Positions 9,382 through 17,988 of a stretch of DNA of 64,000 nucleotides are shown piece after piece. Origin of the DNA: Nitrososphaeria archaeon (GTDB lineage: Archaea > Thermoproteota > Nitrososphaeria > Nitrososphaerales > JAAOZN01); NCBI GenBank assembly GCA_029775855.1, contig JARVJZ010000002.1:64001-128000 (forward strand), in the 5' to 3' direction. Positions within the stretch are counted from its first letter, which is position 1. Every line of letters starts with the position of its first letter. The position numbers and the translations under genes are program-made. Under the pieces are notes generated by a model that saw nothing but the letters and a program-made list of their open reading frames with translations, had not been told where the DNA came from and searched no databases.

Positions 9382-10516
9382 GGCTTCTCACCTCCATTCT
9401 TTGGGCGAACATGTCAAATATGTAAGTAGTATCATATGGTCCAGGAGAAGCTTCTGGATGATACTGCACAGCTAGTATAGGTTTGGCTTCGTGATACACC
9501 CCTTCTACCGTCTTGTCGTCTGCGTTTATCATCCATATATCTAGCCCACTCTTATCTATAGAATTTGGATCAACAGCGTATCCGTGGTTTTGGCTTGTTA
9601 TATAGTTGCGTCCAGTTTTAAGATCTATGCACGGTTTGTTCTGCCCTCTATGCCCATATTTCAGCTTATATGTATCCCCACCTAATGAAAGAGCGATTAT
9701 CTGCAGACCTAGACATATACCGAGCATGGGTATACCTTCATCCACAAGAGACTTTACAGTTTCAACTGTCTTCACACAAATCTTAGGGTCTCCAGGCCCG
9801 TTACTCACAAGCACCCCTTTCGGATTATATTCCATTATTTCTGACACTGAAGTGTTGTATGGAACACGTATGACTTTAAGCCCTCTTTTCAGTAGCTCCC
9901 TTATTATACCATACTTTACGCCACAGTCTATCAAGACAACTTTATGTTCTCCTTCACCATAGATAATAGGCTCTTTTACGCTAACCACACTTACAAAATC
10001 TTGTTCACCATATTTTTTAGCGCTAGCCAGTAGCCTCCTTACATCTTCTACATCAATCTTATCTTCTGCTACAGCTAATACACCCATCATAACACCTTGC
10101 ACACGGAGCTTCTTAGTTAGCTCACGACTATCAATGCCCTCAATGCCTGGCACACCTTCTTCATAGAGCCAACTGTCAAGACTCTTTTTAGATCTCCAGT
10201 GGCTAGGCGCCCTACAGAGCTCACTGACTACAACACCAGAAACTTGTGCTTGATCTGACTCGAAGTTTAGAGGTATATTATTTTGGTCTACATCACTGTA
10301 AAGGGGGACACCATAATTTCCTATAAGTGGGTACGTGAATGTTAAGATCTGCCCTCTGTATGAAGGGTCAGTTATGCTTTCAGTGTAGCCCACCATTCCT
10401 GTAGTAAATACTACTTCACCTACCTTTGTTGTTGGATAGCCAAAGCCGCGTCCCCAAAAAAGAGTGCCATCTTCGAGTAGGAGCGCAGCGTTATAGTCTC
10501 GTTTAGGAGCAACCAA
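9371..10516 (-). CDS. carA: carbamoyl-phosphate synthase small chain
   Basis: GEVVFTTGMVGY, SNGPGDP, GICLG and QYHPEASPGP motifs. Confidence 0.96.
   Translation of the reverse strand: MVAPKRDYNAALLLEDGTLFWGRGFGYPTTKVGEVVFTTGMVGYTESITDPSYRGQILTFTYPLIGNYGVPLYSDVDQNNIPLNFESDQAQVSGVVVSELCRAPSHWRSKKSLDSWLYEEGVPGIEGIDSRELTKKLRVQGVMMGVLAVAEDKIDVEDVRRLLASAKKYGEQDFVSVVSVKEPIIYGEGEHKVVLIDCGVKYGIIRELLKRGLKVIRVPYNTSVSEIMEYNPKGVLVSNGPGDPKICVKTVETVKSLVDEGIPMLGICLGLQIIALSLGGDTYKLKYGHRGQNKPCIDLKTGRNYITSQNHGYAVDPNSIDKSGLDIWMINADDKTVEGVYHEAKPILAVQYHPEASPGPYDTTYIFDMFAQRMEVRSHTT
9388..9395 (-). promoter_or_regulatory. Shine-Dalgarno GGAGGTGA for carB
   Basis: GGAGGTGA lies 6 nt upstream of the ATA at 9381, inside the 3' end of carA. 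Confidence 0.65.
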
Positions 10517-10670
10517 CCCTTAGATGAACCCTCGTTCACTTTTAATCAACTATATTTAAGGTTAGCGCTATCACCTCTGCTTAACTAACAAATGGTAAAA
10601 TATCGCAACAACGTGAGCATATCTGAAAATATATTGCTCATAATATAGTGAATATTGTATAATACGTATT

Positions 10671-10688
10671 AGAAAAAAGTTTTTAATA
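10671..10688 (+). promoter_or_regulatory. BRE/TATA promoter of ftr
   Basis: AGAAAAAAG followed by TTTTTAATA about 30 nt upstream of the ATG at 10716 (leaderless spacing). Confidence 0.5.
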
Positions 10689-10715
10689 TGTTATGTGATG
10701 TGATGTTAGATCATT

Positions 10716-11618
10716 ATGACATTAAACGTTGAGATTGAAGATACGTTTGCTGAAGCATTCCCCATGCTTGCAAGCAGAATACTAATAACAGCAGCAAACG
10801 AGGAGTGGGCAAAAATAGCCGCTAAAACTGCTACAGGCTTTGCATCATCCATTATTATGTCTCCAGCAGAAGCTGGTGTAGAAGGCCCAATTGTACCTCC
10901 AGAAAAGACGCCAGACGGTAGACCAGGTGTGCATATACAAATATACCATCGAACTGGTCACGAGTTGAAAGCACAGCTTATCGCAAGAATAGGGCAATGC
11001 ATCTTAACCTGCCCCACAACTGCTGCTTTTGACGCTATGCCACACCCTAGAAAGATGCTTAGGCTCGGCGCATCTATAAGGATGTTTGGCGACGGATATG
11101 AGAAGAAGGATAAGTTGGGTGAGAAGACTGTTTGGCGCATCCCTGTAATGGAGGGTGAATTTATAATAGAGAATAAGTTCGGCATACGAAGGTGTGTTGC
11201 TGGTGGGAACTTCCTTGTCATGGGCGAAGATCAAGCTTCAGCGCTAAAAGGGGCTATGCAAGCCGTAAAGGCGATGGAGCAGGTAGAAGGAGTCGTACTA
11301 ACCTTCCCTGGAGGAATATGCAGATCGGGTTCAAAGGTTGGTTCGATGAAATATAAGCTTCCAGCTTCAACGAATCACCCCTTCTGCCCATCGCTTAAAG
11401 GTGTGATCCCAGATTCTAAGGTGCCGAATGGTGTGAAGAGCATATATGAAATTGTGTTCAACGGCATAACTACAGAAGTTGTTAAGAAAGCAACGGCTGT
11501 AGGTGTGAAGGCTGCTGCAGAAGTAGAGGGTGTAAAGAAGATCTCTGCGGTCAACTTTGGTGGAAAACTTGGGCCGTTCCAGATAAGTTTGAAGGAGGCT
11601 TTAGCATCAGTAAAGTGA
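10716..11618 (+). CDS. ftr: formylmethanofuran--tetrahydromethanopterin N-formyltransferase
   Basis: IEDTFAEAF, TPDGRPG, RIGQCILTCPT, RSGSKVGS and NFGGKLG motifs. Confidence 0.95.
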   Translation: MTLNVEIEDTFAEAFPMLASRILITAANEEWAKIAAKTATGFASSIIMSPAEAGVEGPIVPPEKTPDGRPGVHIQIYHRTGHELKAQLIARIGQCILTCPTTAAFDAMPHPRKMLRLGASIRMFGDGYEKKDKLGEKTVWRIPVMEGEFIIENKFGIRRCVAGGNFLVMGEDQASALKGAMQAVKAMEQVEGVVLTFPGGICRSGSKVGSMKYKLPASTNHPFCPSLKGVIPDSKVPNGVKSIYEIVFNGITTEVVKKATAVGVKAAAEVEGVKKISAVNFGGKLGPFQISLKEALASVK

Positions 11619-12290
11619 AACTTGATCTAGCCTATATATAGAGCCGTCTAGGCGGGCGACGTATATACTTGGGGACTTGAGGATAAAGAGCCCTGTATCT
11701 ATCACCCCAGCTATATCCTTTATTTTATAGTGTAGATTCTGCGGCTCTCCTATTTCTCCAAAGTCCACGTCAAATATGATGTTGCCGTTTTCTGTGATGG
11801 TTGGATATCCTTTTTTGTCGGCTCTTAACATCACTTTTCCACCCATGGCTTCTAGTCTATCTTTAACATACCATCTAGCGAAGGGTGAGGCTTCAATTGG
11901 TAGGGGTTTATTGAGTCTTTCAACAACCTTATTTTCATCAACCATGATTACGCAGTGTTTTGCTGCAGATAGGAGTATGCGTTCTCTGAACAGAGCGCCT
12001 CCACCACCCTTTATTATATTCAAACGCTTATCGACTTGATCAGCACCGTCAAAGACCCACTCTAACTCTTTAATTATCTGTGGACCACCAACTTTTAGCC
12101 CGGCCTCTAAGGCTACAGTTTCTATTTGCATTGATGAAGGAACTACAGTTATACTCTTTGACACCTCTGTCTCAGATAGTGCCTTGACGAACGCTGCAAC
12201 CGTTGAGCCGCTACCCAAACCTATTATGGCTCCTCTCCGAACAGTGGAGGCTACAAGCTTGACCATTTTAGATATATGTTCTTCATGCAA
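11607..12290 (-). CDS. rpiA: ribose-5-phosphate isomerase A
   Basis: GLGSGST, DGADQVD and KGGGGALFRE motifs. Confidence 0.93.
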   Translation of the reverse strand: MHEEHISKMVKLVASTVRRGAIIGLGSGSTVAAFVKALSETEVSKSITVVPSSMQIETVALEAGLKVGGPQIIKELEWVFDGADQVDKRLNIIKGGGGALFRERILLSAAKHCVIMVDENKVVERLNKPLPIEASPFARWYVKDRLEAMGGKVMLRADKKGYPTITENGNIIFDVDFGEIGEPQNLHYKIKDIAGVIDTGLFILKSPSIYVARLDGSIYRLDQVSLY

Positions 12291-12294
12291 GTTT

Positions 12295-12957
12295 TCAGCC
12301 TTCTAAGTCTATCTGTTCAAGTCTAGCAAGCGCATCTAACACCTCATCTCTGATCTCTTTTATCTTTGAATCCGCTTCACTTTCAGATGCCTTCTTTCTA
12401 CGCTCAACCTTCTTCTCTTCTACTATAGCCTTTGGTTTAAGCTCCTCTTCTACATGTGTTGGTTGTAACCCTTTTATGGCTTCAAGCTGTGCTCTCGCTT
12501 CTTTTAGCCTAGTTTCGATCTGTGCGATCTTTCTTTCAAATAAATCTACAAGTTCTTGCCGAAGGTTTTCTAGTTCGCCTACTTCTATTATCAAGCTTAA
12601 ATCGCTAAGCTTCGTTTCTATCTCTCTTAGCTGCTCCCTATACTTTCCCGAGAGTTTTTCTCGTTCTTCTCTGCTTATTTTACCTGAGGCTTCGGCTTCA
12701 TATAGGCGTGTGATGGCTCCAGTGACTAGCTCTTTTTCTAGAAGCAGTGTCTTGACCTCTCTTTTAGCCTTCTCCAGCTCTAGATCCGTAACTTGCTTAC
12801 CAAGTGTTCCTCTGTTCTTAAAGTCTAGTTGAGTTATGTTAACTTTAGGCTTGGTTTCTGTCCTTTTTTTGGTGTATCTGGCTCGGTATAAATAGTAGGA
12901 TACTCCTAGAAGTATCGCAATGCCTCCCACCACTAGCGCTGATATTAGTAGCTCCAA
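12295..12957 (-). CDS. membrane-anchored coiled-coil protein of unknown function
   Basis: N-terminal TM helix followed by a long charged heptad region. Confidence 0.7.
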   Translation of the reverse strand: MELLISALVVGGIAILLGVSYYLYRARYTKKRTETKPKVNITQLDFKNRGTLGKQVTDLELEKAKREVKTLLLEKELVTGAITRLYEAEASGKISREEREKLSGKYREQLREIETKLSDLSLIIEVGELENLRQELVDLFERKIAQIETRLKEARAQLEAIKGLQPTHVEEELKPKAIVEEKKVERRKKASESEADSKIKEIRDEVLDALARLEQIDLEG

Positions 12958-12991
12958 CTATTACCTTACTTTAATTGGGGGTTAGTTAAAC

Positions 12992-13165
12992 TTACCTAAT
13001 CTTCTGTCCTAACCAATCGTATTTCCGCATCTTTGGGCTTGCTCCAAAGCCGCAGTGTGCGCATACCTTATGTCTTACGTGATAGGCGTGTCTTCCGCAT
13101 CTTCGGCAGATTATGTGGGTTTTATGTTTTCCTCGCTTTCCAAATGAGGGTGTGCCTTTAGTCAT
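12992..13165 (-). CDS. rpl37e: 50S ribosomal protein L37e (57 aa, not in the ORF track)
   Basis: Manual translation MTKGTPSFGKRGKHKTHIICRRCGRHAYHVRHKVCAHCGFG...; follows lsm, the usual archaeal gene order. Confidence 0.96.
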   Translation of the reverse strand: MTKGTPSFGKRGKHKTHIICRRCGRHAYHVRHKVCAHCGFGASPKMRKYDWLGQKIR

Positions 13166-13183
13166 CTTTCTTCGCCTATTTGG

Positions 13184-13408
13184 TTATGGTGGTGAGACCA
13201 TCACCACGTTGTCTCCTCTAACTATTATGGTTCCGAGTCGTTCTGTTTTGCCTTCCTCTAAGATTGATTCTGAGGAGTCTAAGACGAGGTTCATGTGTTG
13301 GTCGAAGCCTTGTAGTGTGCCTCGGATAACTTGACCGCCTTTGAGTTTTATAAGTACAGTCTTTCCGAGGCTTTCATCTAGTATCTTAATGGCCATATCT
13401 ACACTCAT
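13184..13408 (-). CDS. Sm-like (Lsm/SmAP1) RNA-binding protein
   Basis: Sm1 GTLQGFDQHMNLVL and Sm2 IVRGDNV. Confidence 0.95.
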   Translation of the reverse strand: MSVDMAIKILDESLGKTVLIKLKGGQVIRGTLQGFDQHMNLVLDSSESILEEGKTERLGTIIVRGDNVVMVSPP

Positions 13409-13462
13409 TTTGTTTACTCCTCGCCTTTACTTCTATAGGTTGGGCTCTTTTAAACATATATG

Positions 13463-14026
13463 TTATGCGGTTTTCTTTTTGCCACCTATTTTTAGCCCTA
13501 TGATTATCAATATGAAGCCTATGAGTACTGTGAGCTGTGGTATAATCTCCATCTGTTCGTTTATGTGGTATGTTAGTACTTTTTGGTTAAGTGTGAAGAC
13601 TACGCTTCTTTGACTTTCTTGCGGGTTTTCGAAGACTGCATAGTATCTTCCAGCTTCTTCAAGTTTGAGTGTTAAGTTATATTTGGCTTGAGATATTGCC
13701 GCATCATACAGACGGGCTGCTGAGCCTTTCTGCCAAGCGTTTAGCCCATCTTCATCCATAAGGTAAAAGTTAAGCTGCCCATCTGCTATGTAGCTGCCTA
13801 CTATTGCCACTCTATCTGGGTTGTTTGGTATCTCTATTTCCACTTTCAAGCTGTCTTTTGCGTTGATGCGCAGTAGAGTTAAGGGTAGAAGGTTTTCTTC
13901 TACAGTCGATGTGTAGGTAAGCCCGAAGGACTTGCCAAAATCAATTGTGATAGATGGATTTATTACACCAGCATATAACCCTATAACGAAGAGCACTAAA
14001 CCTATGACGACTATTTTTGTCTTCAA
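13463..14026 (-). CDS. membrane protein with a GOLD/p24-like beta-sandwich ectodomain
   Basis: N- and C-terminal hydrophobic helices; LNFYLMD...GRYYAVFEN pattern. Confidence 0.55.
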   Translation of the reverse strand: MKTKIVVIGLVLFVIGLYAGVINPSITIDFGKSFGLTYTSTVEENLLPLTLLRINAKDSLKVEIEIPNNPDRVAIVGSYIADGQLNFYLMDEDGLNAWQKGSAARLYDAAISQAKYNLTLKLEEAGRYYAVFENPQESQRSVVFTLNQKVLTYHINEQMEIIPQLTVLIGFILIIIGLKIGGKKKTA

Positions 14027-14070
14027 GCAACTACACTAAACAGTAGCCTCATAGGATAGATATTTATTGT

Positions 14071-14814
14071 TTAAGGGTTGATGAAGAGGAATGCTTCTTC
14101 AACTATCTTCTCTGCATCGGTTGGGTTAGCTCTAAGTCTATGTCCAGCATCAAGTATTAGAAGTTTCTTAGGTTCTTTAGCTTCTTCATAGAGCTTGTAT
14201 GCATCTTCAACCGGCACCAAGTCGTCGAGCCTTCCATGCACTATAAGTATTGGTCGAGGCGCTATAGATATAACCCACTTCGAGGGAGAGTATCTTTCTG
14301 CTTCTGAGAGCAGACGCTCTATAAAACTCGGGTTCCCATCGCCCTTTATTATACTAGCAGACAGAGCTCTTTCAAGAAGAGGTTTTGCGACGCTTTGGCT
14401 TAGAGGACGGTAAGATGCGCTGCATGACACTACACCAGCAACTTCTTTATTGTTTGCACCTACATAGATGGCTACTACACCACCAGCACTAAATCCTAGC
14501 AGATATTGCTTATACCCCTTTAATCTTGAGCCTAAGTATCTTAGATAGGCTTCAGCGTCCTCAACCCAAGCAGATAAACCAAAGTATCCTTCACTACTAT
14601 CTGTGCCTCTTAGATTTAAGAGCGCTGCTGCTGCCCCTCTCTTTACAATCATATAAGCAAAGTCCAAGTAGCCTTTCTGCTCTACCGGCTCGGGTGAGAA
14701 AGGTAAGCCGTGAAGTATAACAAAAACTGCGCGCCTTTTCTCCTCTACAGGTAGGCATAAGGTGCCTCTAATTTTAAACCCGCTAACAACCAACTCAACC
14801 TTCTCTGTGCGCAA
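14071..14814 (-). CDS. alpha/beta-hydrolase
   Basis: ILHG, GFSAGG nucleophile elbow, HGRLDDLVP and AGH. Confidence 0.88.
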   Translation of the reverse strand: MRTEKVELVVSGFKIRGTLCLPVEEKRRAVFVILHGLPFSPEPVEQKGYLDFAYMIVKRGAAAALLNLRGTDSSEGYFGLSAWVEDAEAYLRYLGSRLKGYKQYLLGFSAGGVVAIYVGANNKEVAGVVSCSASYRPLSQSVAKPLLERALSASIIKGDGNPSFIERLLSEAERYSPSKWVISIAPRPILIVHGRLDDLVPVEDAYKLYEEAKEPKKLLILDAGHRLRANPTDAEKIVEEAFLFINP

Positions 14815-14861
14815 AGGGACACTCTAAATAGTAGGAGATGCTATTAAACTTTAGAGGCGAG

Positions 14862-15269
14862 TTGGTCAAAACAAGGCTTTCGGTTGTAGATGTAAACCTT
14901 TGTGTAGGTTGCCAGTGCTGCATGTTTGCGTGCTCACGCAGATTTGGTGCAGGTGGTTTAAGTAAGACTGCCATACTAATACGCTCGGCAGGCGGTATAG
15001 AGCGGGGGTTTATCGTGCAAGTCTGTAGGGCTTGTGAAGATCCGCCTTGTGCTAGTGTGTGTCCTACAGATGCTTTAAAGCTTAGGTCTGGTGGAGGTGT
15101 GCTTTTAGATGCAGCTAAATGTATAGGTTGTCGACTTTGCGTTGAGGCTTGCACGGTTGAAGCTGTTTTATGGGATAGCGAGTCAGATAAACCTATGATA
15201 TGTGTGCACTGTGGGCTTTGTGTTCAAGCTTGCCCTTACGGCGTGCTAGAACTCTCGAGAGGTGTATAA
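14862..15269 (+). CDS. 4Fe-4S polyferredoxin (AOR-associated, DmsB/HycB-like)
   Basis: CVGCQCCMFAC, CRACEDPPCASVCP, CIGCRLCVEAC and CVHCGLCVQACP; TTG 14862 taken as start. Confidence 0.88.
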   Translation: MVKTRLSVVDVNLCVGCQCCMFACSRRFGAGGLSKTAILIRSAGGIERGFIVQVCRACEDPPCASVCPTDALKLRSGGGVLLDAAKCIGCRLCVEACTVEAVLWDSESDKPMICVHCGLCVQACPYGVLELSRGV

Positions 15270-15271
15270 CA

Positions 15272-17044
15272 GTGATAGAAAGAGATCCTATCCAAAAAGT
15301 ATTGTATGTTGATCTTACGAGGCGTAGATTCTGGATTGAAGAAAGAGCAGATCTCTTCGAGAAGTATATTGGAGGCTCAGGGGTAGCCATCAAACTTCTT
15401 CTCGAGGAATGTAGAAAAGGCGCAGACCCTCTTGGTCCAGATAACCCGATAATCTTTGCTGCTGGGCCTTTGAACTGCATCTTCCCTATGGCATCTAAAA
15501 CTGTAGCGATGTTCAAGTCTCCTTTAACTGGCAACCTAGGTGAAAGCCACGCAGGTGGTAGGAGCGGAATAGCTCTTAGGTCAGCTGGGCTTGGTGCTTT
15601 AGTCATTAAGGGGGCTAGTGATATACCAATCTATCTCTCTATTCACGATGGTAAGGTAAGTTTCAGAGATGCTAGGGTGCTTTGGGGTATGAGAAGCAGC
15701 TATACGGTTGGTAGGGTGATTAGAGAGCGAGAGAGCAGCGCTGGTCTCAGAACAATCATGAGAATAGGTCGTGCTGGCGAAAACTTGGTAAGATATGCAT
15801 GCGTAATAACAGAAACCTACAGACACTTCGGCAGACTTGGGCTTGGAGCAGTCTTTGGAAGTAAGAAGCTTAAAGCAGTAACAATAGCTGGAACAAATAA
15901 CATACAAGTTAGAGACATCAAAGAGTATAAGCAACTCTACCAGGAAATATTTACGCTAGAGACAACGGCACCAGCCCTAAAGAAATACCACGACATAGGC
16001 ACACCGATGAATTTAATACCACTTAATAAGATACAAGCCCTACCTGCATACAATTTAAAGCAAGCGAGCCTTGATAAAGTCGAAGCCATATCTGGCGAAA
16101 ACCTAGCAAAGAACTACCTAGGGCGAAGAGTATCATGTGGGCACTGTCCAGTCAGCTGCATACATCTAGCAGCCTTAAGAGAACCCTATGAAAAAGAACC
16201 ATACTTCTATAAGACAACGATGATCTCATATGACTATGAACCTATCTATGCTTTAGGAACTATGCTGGGCATAACTTCTCCTGAAGGCTTATTGAAACTC
16301 ATAGATGAAGTTGAGGTAGCTGGTCTAGACGCTATGAGCTGCGGTGTAGCGTTAGCTTGGGCAACAGAAGCCCAAGAGAATGGTTTAATTTCAAACAAGG
16401 CAGAAGGCACCATAACACAACTTAAATGGGGTGACTACAACGCATACATAAAAGCTGTAAACTATATTGTTGAACAGCCGAACGAATTCTACAAAGCCTT
16501 AGCCCAAGGAGTAGAATACGCTGCAGCGAAGTATGGTAGCTTAGAATATGCACTCGCATTTGGAGGAAACGAAATGCCGGGATACCACACTGGCCCAGCA
16601 GCACACATCGGTTATCTAACTGGGGCAAGACATAGCCACCTTGATAGCGCCGGCTACAGCCTAGATCAGAAGCTCTTAGCCTCAAAAGTTTCACCAACAC
16701 CATCCTCTGTGGCAGATACATTATTTGAAGAAGAGGCTTGGAGGCAGATTCTATCTACACTTGTGGTCTGCTTCTTCTCCCGAGAGATCTATAAGCCCGA
16801 AGTTGTGCAGAAGGCATTGAAGGTTATAGGCTGGGATTTGAGCTTGGATAATTTGAAGAGCATAGGTTACGAAATCCTCGCACTTAAGCACGAATTCAAA
16901 AGAAGGGAAGGCTTTAACGCTGAGACCCTACGCATACCGAAGAGAATACTTGAAACACCTACGCCGCACGGTAAACTAGATGGAATGTTCATTAAAGATG
17001 CGGTAGCAAAATACTTCAACAGAGTTCAAAGCATCAAAGCTTGA
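15272..17044 (+). CDS. aldehyde:ferredoxin oxidoreductase family (W/Mo-pterin) protein
   Basis: KSPLTG, GRLGLGAVFGSKKLKAV, CGHCPVSC and DYEP motifs; GTG 15272 directly follows the ferredoxin stop. Confidence 0.92.
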   Translation: MIERDPIQKVLYVDLTRRRFWIEERADLFEKYIGGSGVAIKLLLEECRKGADPLGPDNPIIFAAGPLNCIFPMASKTVAMFKSPLTGNLGESHAGGRSGIALRSAGLGALVIKGASDIPIYLSIHDGKVSFRDARVLWGMRSSYTVGRVIRERESSAGLRTIMRIGRAGENLVRYACVITETYRHFGRLGLGAVFGSKKLKAVTIAGTNNIQVRDIKEYKQLYQEIFTLETTAPALKKYHDIGTPMNLIPLNKIQALPAYNLKQASLDKVEAISGENLAKNYLGRRVSCGHCPVSCIHLAALREPYEKEPYFYKTTMISYDYEPIYALGTMLGITSPEGLLKLIDEVEVAGLDAMSCGVALAWATEAQENGLISNKAEGTITQLKWGDYNAYIKAVNYIVEQPNEFYKALAQGVEYAAAKYGSLEYALAFGGNEMPGYHTGPAAHIGYLTGARHSHLDSAGYSLDQKLLASKVSPTPSSVADTLFEEEAWRQILSTLVVCFFSREIYKPEVVQKALKVIGWDLSLDNLKSIGYEILALKHEFKRREGFNAETLRIPKRILETPTPHGKLDGMFIKDAVAKYFNRVQSIKA

Positions 17045-17348
17045 CCCAGATGTAGCCTTCGCCATCTTGAACCTCAAAGGTCTTTAAAGCCGTTTCAGCC
17101 GGCCCCTTAACCACTTTACCACTATGAGGATCAAACTTAGAAAGATGGCAGCCACATACTATGATACCATCCTCAATCCAGCCCTCACTCAAAGAACACC
17201 CTTTATGTGTGCAGCGTGCTGAAGTAGCAAATATTTTCCCGCCGACTTTGCATATAAGAACCTCCACACCATCCAGAAGCGTAACCAAAAGCGTATTATT
17301 TGATAACTTATCTTCTTCAACCGCTTTAACAAACCCTTGCTTTGGCAT
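17034..17348 (-). CDS. Rieske [2Fe-2S] ferredoxin
   Basis: CTH...CGCHLSKFD...GPA. Confidence 0.9.
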   Translation of the reverse strand: MPKQGFVKAVEEDKLSNNTLLVTLLDGVEVLICKVGGKIFATSARCTHKGCSLSEGWIEDGIIVCGCHLSKFDPHSGKVVKGPAETALKTFEVQDGEGYIWVKL

Positions 17349-17464
17349 AGCTGCTCATCGAACCAACCAAAGATTACCGTAATAAGTCTTCTCAGCTAGC
17401 TGAAAATCTTCTCCAACACATTGACAGCAACATATTTTTGTATCCACTTACTCTAACTGCTGCT

Positions 17465-17977
17465 ATGGATCTAAGGCAGATAATTCGAAGCTTCCCAGAT
17501 TGGCCTAAGCAAGGCGTCATCTTTAGAGATATTATGCCCTTACTTAAGAATCCACAAGCCTTGAGCTATACTGTAAATGAGATCATTAAGCAGTGGAAAA
17601 GTGAAGAAATAGATCTAATAGCCGGCATAGAGTCAAGGGGATTCATATTTGGCGCATTAATTGCACAAAATATGCAAAAAGGTTTTATAGCGATTAGGAA
17701 AGAAGGCAAACTACCCGGTGAAACTGTAAAGGTAAACTATACCATAGAATACGGTAGCGCAACGATGGAGATACAGAAGGATGCGGTAGAGCGAGGGCAG
17801 AGAGTGCTCATAGTCGATGACTTACTTGCTACAGGCGGAACGGCAAAAGCCGCCGCAGACCTCATCGAACGCCTTGGTGGGGTTGTCGTAGGATTCGCCT
17901 TTGTAGTAGAGTTGTTGGAGCTTAAGGGTAGAGAGAAGCTTAAAGGCTACAAAGTTACAACACTCATAACATATTAA
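17465..17977 (+). CDS. apt: adenine phosphoribosyltransferase
   Basis: DWPKQGVIFRDI, GIESRGF, IRKEGKLP and VDDLLATGGT motifs. Confidence 0.95.
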   Translation: MDLRQIIRSFPDWPKQGVIFRDIMPLLKNPQALSYTVNEIIKQWKSEEIDLIAGIESRGFIFGALIAQNMQKGFIAIRKEGKLPGETVKVNYTIEYGSATMEIQKDAVERGQRVLIVDDLLATGGTAKAAADLIERLGGVVVGFAFVVELLELKGREKLKGYKVTTLITY

Positions 17978-17988
17978 GGTGAATAAAT

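Noticed and set aside
15200-15271. Cys-containing N-terminal extension of AOR in the ORF track
   Set aside because: It overlaps the ferredoxin gene in another frame; GTG 15272 is the natural start.
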